In this document: positions 7,947-17,608 of the stretch, piece by piece
How positions within the stretch are numbered: position 1 is the first letter of the stretch
How the letters are laid out: every line of letters starts with the position of its first letter
Assembly: GCA_945906935.1 (NCBI GenBank)
Contig: CAMDSO010000004.1
Location: 7,427-71,426, forward strand
Length of the DNA stretch: 64,000 nucleotides
Reading direction: 5' to 3'
Origin: Bordetella parapertussis
Lineage (GTDB): Bacteria > Pseudomonadota > Gammaproteobacteria > Burkholderiales > SG8-41
Translations under genes and position numbers: made by a program
Notes under the pieces: model-generated
The model's database searches: none
Seen by the model: only the letters and a program-made list of their open reading frames with translations
Told to the model about the DNA's origin: nothing

Positions 7947-8899
7947 TGACGCGCCTGTTGTGTGCGCTGGCTTTGGTGTTGCCGGTGGTCGCCGCGTCGG
8001 CTGCGGAATATCCCGAGCGTGCAGTACGGGTGATCGTGACCTTTCCGGCCGGGGGCGGCACCGACATCGTTGCGCGCATGGTGTTTCAAAAAGTTGCCGA
8101 GCGCAGCGGCGCGACCTTCGTAATCGATAACCGCGGCGGTGCGGGCGGCACCATCGGTACCGATCTGGCGGCGAAAGCAGCACCCGATGGTTATACGATC
8201 GTGGTGGTCAGCGGTAGCCACACGATTAATCCAGCGCTCTACAAGAAGCTGCCGTTCGACAGTGTGCGCGATTTCGCGCCAGTGGCGATGCTGGTGACCG
8301 GCCCCGGTCTGCTGGTCGTGCATCCGTCGCTGCCGGCGCGCAATGTGCGCGAATTGATTGCGCTGGCGCGTAGTCAGCGTGGTGGCCTGCTCTATGCCTC
8401 GGCGGGCAACGGCACGCCGCCGCATCTGGCTGCTGAACTCTTTAAGCTGATGACTGCCACGCAGATCGCGCATGTTCCCTACAAAGGTAATGCGCAGGCG
8501 ATGACCGATCTGATCGCCGGGCAGATCGCTTTGTCATTTCCGACCATCCCGTCGGCCTTGCCGCATGTGCAAACGGGCAAGCTGCGCGCCATGGGTGTGA
8601 CCAGTGCAAAACGCGTTGGCGCGCTGCCGGAGATTCCGGCGATTGCTGAAACGGTGACGGGTTACGACGGCAGTGCGTGGTATGGCGTGCTCGCCCCCGC
8701 CGGCACGCCGGCCGCCATCGTCACACGCCTGCATACGGAGTTAATGACGGCACTGCGTACACCCGATCTCAAAGACAAACTGGTTTCGCAGGGCCTCGAG
8801 CCGGCGTCGTATATGCCGGAAGAGTTTTCCGCACTGATCGTCAGCGAACTCGCCAAGTGGGCGAAGGTGGTAGCGGCTGCGGGTGTCAAAAACGAATAG
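7943..8899 (+). CDS. Bug/TctC-family substrate-binding protein
   Basis: ATGA start/stop overlap with the upstream gene (7943-7946). AAEYPERAVRVIVTFPAGGGTD, IDNRGGAGG, HVPYKGNAQA, GKLRAMGV. Confidence 0.9.
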   Translation: MMTRLLCALALVLPVVAASAAEYPERAVRVIVTFPAGGGTDIVARMVFQKVAERSGATFVIDNRGGAGGTIGTDLAAKAAPDGYTIVVVSGSHTINPALYKKLPFDSVRDFAPVAMLVTGPGLLVVHPSLPARNVRELIALARSQRGGLLYASAGNGTPPHLAAELFKLMTATQIAHVPYKGNAQAMTDLIAGQIALSFPTIPSALPHVQTGKLRAMGVTSAKRVGALPEIPAIAETVTGYDGSAWYGVLAPAGTPAAIVTRLHTELMTALRTPDLKDKLVSQGLEPASYMPEEFSALIVSELAKWAKVVAAAGVKNE

Positions 8900-8908
8900 G
8901 AATTTATT

Positions 8909-9784
8909 ATGCCGAACGCTATTGTTGCACCGACCATTCCCGGCCCAATCGCCGACACGCGCACGCCTAATTTCGTCATGCCGCGCGGTGCCTGCGACTG
9001 CCACGCACATCTGTTTGGCCCGCAAACGAAATACGCCTACGCGGCTAACCGTCGCTATACGCCGCCCGATGCGACGGCTGATGACTACATCAAAATGTTG
9101 CGTTCGATTGGAGTCGACCGTGCGGTACTGGTGCAGCCCAGCGTTTACATGACAGATAACACGGTGATTCTCGATGCGCTGGCGGAAAACAAGTTTCCCT
9201 TTCGTGCCGTTGCCGTGGTCAATGATGAAGTCAGTGATGCCGAGCTCGCACGCATGCACAAGCTCGGTGTGCGTGGCTTGCGCCTGAATCTGCGTAACAG
9301 CAACGGTGCGCCCGGTGATCTCGCACCACGGCTGGCCGCGCGCATTGCGCCCATGGGTTGGCATTTGCAGTTTCGGATCAACGCCGAGGATTTCACCGCT
9401 ATCGGGCCGATGCTGCGTACGCTGCCGGTTGATTACATCATCGATCATATGGGGCAGGTGCCGATCGCAGAGGGTGTTAACGGCGTAGCCTTTCGCGCCA
9501 TTCTTGACCTTACGCAGAGTGGCCGCTGCTGGGTCAAACTCTCCGCCCCGATGCGTATGAGTGCACTCGACGCGCCGTATCGCGATGTCACCCCCATGGT
9601 GCATGCGCTGGTCGCCGCCGCGCCCGAGCGTATGGTGTGGGCGAGTGACTGGCCGCACACCACGCTGACCTGTGCGATGCCCAATGATGGCGACCTCGTT
9701 GATTTGCTGCCCGAGTGGATACCGGATGCGGTGACGCGCCAGAAAATCCTCGTCGATAATCCGGCCAGGCTCTACGGTTTCTGA
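8909..9784 (+). CDS. Amidohydrolase-2 family metal-dependent hydrolase (LigI/lactonase-like)
   Basis: ACDCHAHLFGP (HxH metal motif), DRAVLVQPS, GVRGLRLN, WHLQF, IIDHMG, WVKLSAP, WASDWPH. This is the typical TIM-barrel amidohydrolase-2 pattern. Confidence 0.85.
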   Translation: MPNAIVAPTIPGPIADTRTPNFVMPRGACDCHAHLFGPQTKYAYAANRRYTPPDATADDYIKMLRSIGVDRAVLVQPSVYMTDNTVILDALAENKFPFRAVAVVNDEVSDAELARMHKLGVRGLRLNLRNSNGAPGDLAPRLAARIAPMGWHLQFRINAEDFTAIGPMLRTLPVDYIIDHMGQVPIAEGVNGVAFRAILDLTQSGRCWVKLSAPMRMSALDAPYRDVTPMVHALVAAAPERMVWASDWPHTTLTCAMPNDGDLVDLLPEWIPDAVTRQKILVDNPARLYGF

Positions 9785-9847
9785 ACACGCCCCCCGCGCG
9801 GGCTGGCGTTCGGGTTATAGTCGGCGCTGCAAACCACGGGAGGGGGC

Positions 9848-10810
9848 ATGCATAAAAAAATTATTTGCGCCGCGCTTTGGACAGTGACGGTGACTTACGG
9901 CCCTGCCATTGCGCAGGAATATCCGACCAAACCGATTCGCTACATCGTGCCCTTTGGTGCCGGCGGACCGACCGACACGCAAGCGCGCTGGGTCGCGCAA
10001 AAACTCAATGCAGCCTTCGGCCAGACGGTGATTGTTGATAACCGGCCGGCGGCCGGCGGCGTGCCGGGCACTGCGGCGGTGGCGAAGGCGGCCCCCGACG
10101 GCTACACGCTGCTGGCCGGTAATCCGGGCCCGTTGACGGTGGCGCCGGCGATTTCGCTGAACGTGCCCTATGACCCGCTGCGTGATTTCACGCCAGTGAC
10201 GCTGGTGGCGAAAAGCCCCAGCGTGCTGATCGTGCATCCGGCGCTACCGGCAAAAAACGTCAGGGAGTTCGTCGCGCTCGCCAAAGCGCGTCCGGGTAAA
10301 CTCAACTACGGCACGCCGGGGGTGGGCACCGTCGGCCATCTTTCGACCGAGGCTTTCGCGCATCTCACCGGCATCAATGTCATGCACGTGCCCTATAAGG
10401 GCGGTGTGAGCCAGTACACGATAGAACTGATTTCCGGTTACATTGATTTCGCTTCGCTGCAACTCTTTAACGTCGCGCCCATGGTTAAGCAGGGCAAGCT
10501 GCGCGCCCTCGGTATCACCTCGCGCGAGCGCTCGCCGGCGATGCCGGAGCTGGCGACCTTCAACGAGCAGGGTGTGAAATTCGAGAACTACAATTGGAAC
10601 GGTGTGCTGCTGCCGGCGAAAACGCCGCCGGCGATCGTGGCGCGGATCTACGGTGTGCTGGCCGCCGCGATCAAGGAAAACCGCGAGCTTTTTACCGGGC
10701 AGGGGCAGGAGCCTGGCGGCGAGAACAGCGAGCAATTCAGCGAGTTTTTGCGTGCGGAAATCGAGCGCTATGAAAAAGTCGCACGGGCTGCGAATATTCC
10801 AAAACAATAA
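9848..10810 (+). CDS. Bug/TctC-family substrate-binding protein
   Basis: Signal peptide, AQEYPTKPIRYIVPFGAGGPTD, VDNRPAAGG, HVPYKGGVSQ, GKLRALGI. Confidence 0.9.
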   Translation: MHKKIICAALWTVTVTYGPAIAQEYPTKPIRYIVPFGAGGPTDTQARWVAQKLNAAFGQTVIVDNRPAAGGVPGTAAVAKAAPDGYTLLAGNPGPLTVAPAISLNVPYDPLRDFTPVTLVAKSPSVLIVHPALPAKNVREFVALAKARPGKLNYGTPGVGTVGHLSTEAFAHLTGINVMHVPYKGGVSQYTIELISGYIDFASLQLFNVAPMVKQGKLRALGITSRERSPAMPELATFNEQGVKFENYNWNGVLLPAKTPPAIVARIYGVLAAAIKENRELFTGQGQEPGGENSEQFSEFLRAEIERYEKVARAANIPKQ

Positions 10811-10878
10811 GCAGTACAGCAGGAACCATAGACGCATCGCGTTATGATGCGAAAAAAAACACCAAGGAGGAGAACATC

Positions 10879-12156
10879 ATGGCAACCGAAGACGAAATCA
10901 TCGCCCGTCGCCGTCAATTACTGAAATGGATGTCGGCGAGCCCGTTGCTCGCCGTGCCTGGCGTCAGTAGCCTGGCTGCGGAGACTGGGGTTTCTGCCCC
11001 CAACCGGCTGCCTGATCCAGTGCTGTGGTCGCCGCGCACGTTTGATCGTGTGATCGGCAATCCGAAAGAGGCAATAAACGTCTTTGATTTTGAGATCGCT
11101 GCGCGCGCCAAGGTGCCACCCGCGCACTTCGGTTACATGGCCGCCGGCATTGACGATGATGCAACGCTGCGCGCTAACCGCGAGGCCTTTCAGAAATACT
11201 ATTTGCGCCCGCGCCGCCTGGTCGATGTGTCAAAGGTCGATACCAGCATTGAAATTTTCGGCATCAAATATAACAGTCCGATTTTTATCTCGCCCACCGG
11301 AGGCAACAAGGCCTATCACCCGGATGGTGAACTTGCAGTGGCGCGTGCCGCCAAGGTCGGCAATCATCTTGAGATGCTCGCTACCGGCTCGACGGTGTCG
11401 ATCGACGACATCGTATCCGCACGTGGCGCACCGGTGTGGTTCCAGCTCTATGCAACTTCGGATCGTGATGTCACCTACGCCCTGACCAAACGCGCTGAGA
11501 ATGCCGGCTCACAGGCGGTGGTGGTGACGGTTGATCGCGTCGGCGGACGCAACCAGGAAGCTCTGTTCCGCTTGCGTCCCACCGACACACGTGACTGCAA
11601 ACAGTGCCACTCATTGGCATCGGGCGGTGGCGGTTCGGGCGGCGATCGTGACCGCCGGCCGAATTACGCCGGCATCGATCTGTCCAAGGTGCGTAGCATG
11701 CAGTCGGATAATCTGACCTGGGATTTCATCCGTCAGTTGCGCGACAAGACCAAGATGAAAATTGTGCTCAAAGGCATCCTCACGCACGAAGATGCCAAAC
11801 TCGCCGTCGAATACGGCGCTGATGGGATAGTCGTTTCCAATCACGGCGGACGCGGTGAAGACAACGGGCGTGGCGCTATCGATTCGTTGCCCGAAGTGAT
11901 TGAGGCAGTGAACGGTCGCATGCCGGTGATCGTTGACAGTGGTTTCCGCCGCGGCACCGATGTTGTCAAGGCGCTGGCGATGGGCGCCACCGCCGCCGGT
12001 ATCGGTCGGCCCTACCTGTGGGGTTTGGGTGCTTTCGGTCAGCCTGGCGTCGAACGCGTGCTGGAGTTGATGCGCATTGAAACGCGCGCCGCGATGATGC
12101 AGTGTGGCGTGCGTTCGGTGCAAGAGTTAACGAAGGCGTTTGTCGGCAAGTTCTAA
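10879..12156 (+). CDS. FMN-dependent alpha-hydroxy-acid dehydrogenase/oxidase family protein with twin-arginine signal
   Basis: RBS AAGGAGGAG. N-terminus IARRRQLLKWMSASPLLAVPGVSSLAAE (Tat consensus RRxxLK plus h-region). Family motifs: PIFISPTG, VWFQLY, VVSNHGGR, VIVDSGFRRGTDVVKALAMGA. It has a Gly-rich insertion containing CKQCH. Confidence 0.85.
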   Translation: MATEDEIIARRRQLLKWMSASPLLAVPGVSSLAAETGVSAPNRLPDPVLWSPRTFDRVIGNPKEAINVFDFEIAARAKVPPAHFGYMAAGIDDDATLRANREAFQKYYLRPRRLVDVSKVDTSIEIFGIKYNSPIFISPTGGNKAYHPDGELAVARAAKVGNHLEMLATGSTVSIDDIVSARGAPVWFQLYATSDRDVTYALTKRAENAGSQAVVVTVDRVGGRNQEALFRLRPTDTRDCKQCHSLASGGGGSGGDRDRRPNYAGIDLSKVRSMQSDNLTWDFIRQLRDKTKMKIVLKGILTHEDAKLAVEYGADGIVVSNHGGRGEDNGRGAIDSLPEVIEAVNGRMPVIVDSGFRRGTDVVKALAMGATAAGIGRPYLWGLGAFGQPGVERVLELMRIETRAAMMQCGVRSVQELTKAFVGKF

Positions 12157-12163
12157 ACCCGCA

Positions 12164-13120
12164 TTAATCTTCGCGAATACCGGCGTCGCGGATGACCTTC
12201 CCCATCCGCGACATTTCCGTTTTCATCGCCGCCGTGAATTGTTCGGGCGTGCTGCCGACCACTTCAACGCCGACGGCGAGAAATTTTTCGCGGGCGTCGC
12301 TGCTGTGCAGATAACGCATGATTTCCTGACTGAGCTTTTGCAGAATCGGCGCCGGTACCCCGGCTGGTGCGAACACGCCTTGTAGCGAGCTTGATTCGTA
12401 ACCGGGCAGGCCCGCAGCCGCGATGGTAGTAAGGCCCGGTAGCAAGATCGATTCACGTGCACTGGAGACGCCGAGTGCGCGCAGGCGGCCGGTTTTCAGA
12501 TGTGGGCTCACCGAGCTCGCGGTGGCGAAACTAAGCTGGATTTGTCCGCCGATGAGATCGGTGAGTGCCGCACCCGCCCCCTTGTAGCTGATGCGCACGA
12601 ATTGCACGCCGGCCATTGCTTGGAACAGTTCGGCAGCGAGATGCGGTGACGAACCGATACCGGTGGTGCCGTAATTCAACGCGCCCGGTTTGGCTTTCGC
12701 CAATGCGACTAATTCCTTCACGTTCTTCACCGGCAGCGAGGGATGTACAACCAGAATATTGGGCGCCGTGGCGGCCAGCGAGATCGGTGCGAAATCGCGC
12801 AGCGGATCGGGCGCGTTGGCGCGTAGATAAGGCCCCAGCCACACGGTGCTGCCATAGAGCATGAGCGTGTAACCGTCGGCCGGTGATTTGACGGTGACCT
12901 CGACCGGGATCGGCCCGCTGGCGCGATTGTCGACGATGACCTGCTGGCCGAGGGCGGGCGCGATGCCCTGCGCGACCAAGCGTGAGGCGACATCCCCCGC
13001 GCCGCCCACCCCCGAGGTGATGATGCGAATCGGTTTGGCCGGAAAGCTTTGTGCCTGCTCGGTAGAGGCGGCCGTTAACACGAGGGCGGAGACGAGCGAC
13101 CATTGGATCGGTTTGTACAT
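12164..13120 (-). CDS. Bug/TctC-family substrate-binding protein
   Basis: ATG 13120 gives MYKPIQWSLVSALVLTAASTEQAQ, then SFPAKPIRIITSGVGGAGD, VDNRASG, PADGYT, SYKGAGAA, GRLRALGV. The rest of ORF 12164-13783 is an antisense extension over the CMD gene. Confidence 0.88.
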   Translation of the reverse strand: MYKPIQWSLVSALVLTAASTEQAQSFPAKPIRIITSGVGGAGDVASRLVAQGIAPALGQQVIVDNRASGPIPVEVTVKSPADGYTLMLYGSTVWLGPYLRANAPDPLRDFAPISLAATAPNILVVHPSLPVKNVKELVALAKAKPGALNYGTTGIGSSPHLAAELFQAMAGVQFVRISYKGAGAALTDLIGGQIQLSFATASSVSPHLKTGRLRALGVSSARESILLPGLTTIAAAGLPGYESSSLQGVFAPAGVPAPILQKLSQEIMRYLHSSDAREKFLAVGVEVVGSTPEQFTAAMKTEMSRMGKVIRDAGIRED

Positions 13121-13234
13121 GTAAAGTTTTGCGCACCAAGCGCCGCGTGAAAAGGCTGCGATTGAAGCATGCGATGGGCATGGCGCGCAACGCGCGATGC
13201 TACACTCGCCGCGTTTGCGATCAGGAGAGCCGCT

Positions 13235-13885
13235 ATGAAGCCGCGCGTTTGGGGGAACGAACCGACACCGGACACGCAGACCACGCGTGGTTATCCGCCT
13301 GACGTCCATCGCGACTCGTCGTCGCGCCTGCCGCCGGTGCGGCGCGAAGATCTTGATGAGACGGGGCAGCGCGCTTACGACGCAATGACCGAGGAAGGCA
13401 GCAAGCTGCGCGCGAGCCTGCGCGGCCCGACCGGTTTCTGGTTGCATATGCCTGAAGTTATCGGCCACGTACGCGAACTCAACTGGAGTCTGCGTAACCG
13501 CGAAAATGGTCTTGCGCGTCCGCTGCGTGAACTGACGATACTCGTCACCGCGCGCGCCCACGATTGTCAGAAGGAATGGACGGCGCATAAAATGCACGCG
13601 CTCGATGCCGGCCTTGATCCGGCGCTCATCGATATCATCCGGTATTGCAAGCCAACGCACGGTGTGGCGGAAACTGAAGCGGCCATCATCAGCTTCGGTC
13701 GCGAATTGTTTCGTGATAAAAAGGTTTGTGCTGCGACCTATGCGCAGGCCTTGAAGGTGCTCGGCCAGCAGCGGCTCGTACACATGGTCGCGCTGATGTC
13801 GAATTACACGATGACGGCGGTGATTTTTGCCGCCCTCGATCAGCAGGTCGCGCCCGATCAGACGCCGTTGTTGCCTTTGTCTTAA
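13235..13885 (+). CDS. Carboxymuconolactone decarboxylase (AhpD-like) family protein
   Basis: ATG 13235 after AGGAGA. RELTILVTARAHDCQKEWTAHKMHA is a CMD-domain pattern. Confidence 0.8.
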   Translation: MKPRVWGNEPTPDTQTTRGYPPDVHRDSSSRLPPVRREDLDETGQRAYDAMTEEGSKLRASLRGPTGFWLHMPEVIGHVRELNWSLRNRENGLARPLRELTILVTARAHDCQKEWTAHKMHALDAGLDPALIDIIRYCKPTHGVAETEAAIISFGRELFRDKKVCAATYAQALKVLGQQRLVHMVALMSNYTMTAVIFAALDQQVAPDQTPLLPLS

Positions 13886-13949
13886 ACCGTAATACGGTCG
13901 GCGGTTATAATTTCACTCTTGCAATGTGGCTTTTTTAACGGAGACATGT

Positions 13950-14933
13950 ATGAAAATGACTAAGCTTGGAATAATGCGCGGCGGCCTGGCTGCCGTGGCG
14001 ATGACAGCAGCTTGCGCCGGATTTGCGCAGGCGCAAACCTATCCGGTCAAATCGATCCGCATGATCTTTCCGTTTCCGCCCGGCGGGCCGACCGATCTGC
14101 TGGGGCGCGCGATTGCGCAGAAGATGTCGGATCAAATCGGGCAGCAGGTAGTGGCTGATAACCGTCCCGGTGCCGGCGGCAACCTCGGTCTTGAGTTGGC
14201 GGCCAAATCGCCGGCCGATGGCTACACCATCGTGCTGACTTCACCGTTGATTGCACTCGGCCCGCTGCTCTACTCCAAACTCAATTACGATTCGTTCAAG
14301 GATTTGCAGCCGCTGTCGTTGGTGGCAACGATTCAAAACGTATTGTTGGTGCATCCGAGTGTGCCGGCGAAGACGCTGAAAGAATTGGTCCAGATTGCCA
14401 GCAAGAGCCCCGGAAAATTGAGTTATGGCTCGGGTGGCGTAGGCACCACGACGCATCTCGCACCGGAACTGATGAAGAGCCTGACCAAAACCAGTATTGT
14501 GCATGTACCTTACAAGGGCTCGGGCCTCGCGCTGATCGGTTTAATGGGTGGCGATGTGGATGTGTTGATCATGGCGGTACCGGCCTCGGCGCCGCAGGTG
14601 CAAAGCGGCAAGGTGAGGGCGCTGGCGGTGCTCTCTGACAAACGCGCCACTGCGCTGCCCACTGTGCCGACGACCAAAGAGGCCGGCTTCGAGGGTCTTG
14701 AGGTGCCGATATGGTATGGGATACTGACGACGACCGGCACACCTAAAGACATCGTCGCGCGTCTGCATTCGGAACTGGTCAAAGCCCTGACATCGGTGGA
14801 ACTCAAAGAGCGCCTGATCTCAGCCGGCATCGAGCCGATGCAAAGCACGCCCGAACAATTCGCCGCCTTTATCCGTAGCGAGAACACACGTTTTGCCAAA
14901 GTGATCAAGGACGCTGGCATCAAGCCGGAGTAG
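13950..14933 (+). CDS. Bug/TctC-family substrate-binding protein
   Basis: ATG 13950 (MKMTKLGIMRGGLAAVAMTAACAGFAQAQ), TYPVKSIRMIFPFPPGGPTD, ADNRPGAGG, HVPYKGSGLA, GKVRALAV. Confidence 0.9.
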   Translation: MKMTKLGIMRGGLAAVAMTAACAGFAQAQTYPVKSIRMIFPFPPGGPTDLLGRAIAQKMSDQIGQQVVADNRPGAGGNLGLELAAKSPADGYTIVLTSPLIALGPLLYSKLNYDSFKDLQPLSLVATIQNVLLVHPSVPAKTLKELVQIASKSPGKLSYGSGGVGTTTHLAPELMKSLTKTSIVHVPYKGSGLALIGLMGGDVDVLIMAVPASAPQVQSGKVRALAVLSDKRATALPTVPTTKEAGFEGLEVPIWYGILTTTGTPKDIVARLHSELVKALTSVELKERLISAGIEPMQSTPEQFAAFIRSENTRFAKVIKDAGIKPE

Positions 14934-15008
14934 TTTGTCTGTGATCCGCCTCTAAAATGCCACTCGCCCCGCGCATGCGTGGTGGGTGGCTCATGGCCGG
15001 ACCATCTC

Positions 15009-15986
15009 ATGTTAAATGTAGCCATCGTTGGCCTCGGTAATTGGGGGCGCAAACTCGTTACTTCGGTGCAGGGTAAAAGCTCGCACCTGCGTTTCGTGCG
15101 TGCCGTGGTGCGAAATATCGATTCTGCTCACGAATTTGCGACGCAAAATGACCTTGCACTGTCGAATGATTTTGCAGCAACGCTGGCTGACCCGGCAATC
15201 CAGGCCATTGTGCTGGCGACACCGCATACGCTGCACGCCGAGCAGATCATCGCGGTGGCCGCCGCCGGCAAGCCCGTCTATTGCGAAAAGCCGCTGACAC
15301 TCAAACGCGCTGACGCCATCAGAGCGGTTGAGGCCTGTTCAAAAGCGGGGGTGTTGTTGGCGGTTGGTCACGACAAACGCTTCTGGCCTTCGATGCAGGC
15401 GTTGACGCGTATTGTGCAAAGCCGTGAGCTGGGTGAAATCCTGCATATCGAGGGGCACAACAGCAACGAAACTTCGCGCACCTCGTTTGCTTCGTGGCGC
15501 GCCTCGCCGGAAGAGTCCCCGGGCGGTGGCATGACCGGCACCGGCATCCACATGGTCGACGCTTTCGTCGGGCTGATCGGTCCGGTGAAACGCGTACAGT
15601 GCCTGTTGATGAGCCGGCGTCCGCCGCCCGATGTGCTCGACACCGTGTCGGTGCTGTTTGAATTCGCCAATGGCGTGTCGGGCACCATGAGCAGCATCCG
15701 CGCCACACCGCTCTATTGGCGTGCACACGTGTTTGGTAATCTCGGTTCAGCCGAGGCGATCGGCGCCACCGAACTCGTGTTGCGCAAGACCGGTGGTGCG
15801 GCGCTTGTGCGCATGAATTTCGACCCTGCCGATGCGTTGCGCGGTGAGCTCGAAGCCTTTGCGATCGCTGCCAGCGGTGGCGTTCCGTATCCGATCACGC
15901 CCGCGCAGATGATCGAAACGGTGGCAGCGTTTGAAGCCATTGTGCAGTCGATGGAGGGTGGGCAGCCGATGGTAGTCGGCCGATAG
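15009..15986 (+). CDS. Gfo/Idh/MocA family oxidoreductase
   Basis: MLNVAIVGLGNWGRK Rossmann start and CEKPL motif. Length of 325 aa is typical. Confidence 0.85.
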   Translation: MLNVAIVGLGNWGRKLVTSVQGKSSHLRFVRAVVRNIDSAHEFATQNDLALSNDFAATLADPAIQAIVLATPHTLHAEQIIAVAAAGKPVYCEKPLTLKRADAIRAVEACSKAGVLLAVGHDKRFWPSMQALTRIVQSRELGEILHIEGHNSNETSRTSFASWRASPEESPGGGMTGTGIHMVDAFVGLIGPVKRVQCLLMSRRPPPDVLDTVSVLFEFANGVSGTMSSIRATPLYWRAHVFGNLGSAEAIGATELVLRKTGGAALVRMNFDPADALRGELEAFAIAASGGVPYPITPAQMIETVAAFEAIVQSMEGGQPMVVGR

Positions 15987-16096
15987 CCCACCCAAGCTTG
16001 CCGCTTACCCCGTTGTCTACGCACTCACGCGCTAGACACGGGCACCGCTGGAGAGAGAGGGGCTTGGCTGTTCGCGAACCCTGAGGGGGCAAGGGA

Positions 16097-16936
16097 TCAT
16101 TGATCCCGCGCCACGCGAAAGCCGGTAAAGCGACTGCGGGTTGCGTTCGTTTGGGGCTGACGGCTCGCAGAACGGAGTTTATGCGCCGGGTCATACCAGC
16201 TGCCACCTCTTACGGTTCGCAGCGAACATAATCCCGTAGTGATAGCACGCCCATCATTTGGTGCGTCTGCATAGTTATCCTTCCAGCAATCGGCAGTCCA
16301 CTCCTGAACATTGCCATGCATGTCATGTAAACTGCAGGCATTGGGCAACTTCTCGCCCACCTTGTGGGTTTTTTCTTCGGCATTGGCGGCATACCAGCCA
16401 TAAGTGGCGAGATTCGCCGCATTGTCGCCAAAACCGTAATTCGTATTGCTGCCGCAACGCGCGGCGAATTCCCACTCGGCTTCGGTCGGCAAACGGTAGT
16501 GGTGCCCGGTCTTGCTACTGAGTTTAGTTAGAAATTCCTGAACATCCTCGAAAGCAACCGATTCGACCGGTAATCCCGGGCCGGCAAATGAGCTGATGTT
16601 CGTTCCGACGATAGCCGCCCACTGTGCCTGGGTAATTTCGAACCGACCGATTGCAAATGATTTGATCTGAACCGTATGCTGGGGATGCTCAGATGTAACC
16701 GTCGGCGCACTTTCGGCTGGCTTTGCCGGCGTTCCCATTTGGAAGCTTGATCCCTCGAGCGTGATCATCTCCGGGCATACATCGCAATCCCTGAAAATAT
16801 TTGCTTTGGCGGCGCCCGCAGCCATCGATTTCGTTTCGGATTCGGCCGCAGTCGATGGGTTGACTAAACAGAGGGATAAAAGCAGACCGACGATTAATCT
16901 GGAATTACAAGGATGGATGATCAAGGTAACTCCCAA
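16097..16936 (-). CDS. Formylglycine-generating enzyme (SUMF1/FGE-sulfatase domain) family protein, secreted
   Basis: Signal peptide. Domain pattern: HTVQIKSFAIGRFEITQAQW, YRLPTEAEWEFAAR, MHGNVQEWTADCW, RGGSW, GFRVAR. GC content is visibly lower than in neighbouring genes. Confidence 0.85.
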   Translation of the reverse strand: MGVTLIIHPCNSRLIVGLLLSLCLVNPSTAAESETKSMAAGAAKANIFRDCDVCPEMITLEGSSFQMGTPAKPAESAPTVTSEHPQHTVQIKSFAIGRFEITQAQWAAIVGTNISSFAGPGLPVESVAFEDVQEFLTKLSSKTGHHYRLPTEAEWEFAARCGSNTNYGFGDNAANLATYGWYAANAEEKTHKVGEKLPNACSLHDMHGNVQEWTADCWKDNYADAPNDGRAITTGLCSLRTVRGGSWYDPAHKLRSASRQPQTNATRSRFTGFRVARDQ

Positions 16937-17608
16937 GGGTAGTTTCCAAATCGAATTCCAGCTATTGGCGAGAGTATGGACGGATTTGGCGCCCGAACCT
17001 GGTGCAAACTGGTTTTACCGGCGGCAAACTTGCTAGCGCATGCTTGATGGATTTGGTGGTCGCGTTAGAAAAAAGTCCACGATGGCTATCGCGTTTTGTT
17101 CGCCATGAGTCTTGGTTCATTTAGCGCTTTAAGAGGCGACTTTCTAAAGCATCCTAAAGCTAAGTAACTATAACCGAGATGAATCTCAAAATTATTACAG
17201 TAGTATTAATTTAATCATGTTAACGACGAGTCGATAGATTCGCTAAAAGCCTTTTATCGCTTCTGGTTTTCGATCCCCCTGGCCCAGCGCCGCATCGGCG
17301 GCTGGTCCTGTCGTCGCTGGTCGAACACCCTATGACGTCATGCTCGGTGTGCGCGTTATTCGCTTTATGCGCCATGGATTCGTGGGGCCAAGCTGGGTGT
17401 ATGTCATCGCGTCAGCCTCCCCCATTCGTTTGAAACTTGATGGATTGATCGCCGACCAGGTGCCGAACCAGCGACGGATTTCGCACACTATGGGGTGCGG
17501 ATGCGCCCATAGCTGTTATGAGCAGACCCGGCAAGGGGGCTTTAACCAAAGCCTGCGTAATCGTAACGCCTTGATGATGCGCTATAGTTGGCGCCCACGG
17601 AGGTCATC

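Noticed and set aside
17264-17292. tRNA 3'-end-like string (GGTTTTCGATCCCCCTGGCCCAGCGCC) that could mark an island attachment site next to the low-GC patch.
   Set aside because: I could not fold a T-arm (no complementary 5-bp stems around a 7-nt loop) or an acceptor stem, and no matching direct repeat is seen on the other side of the patch.
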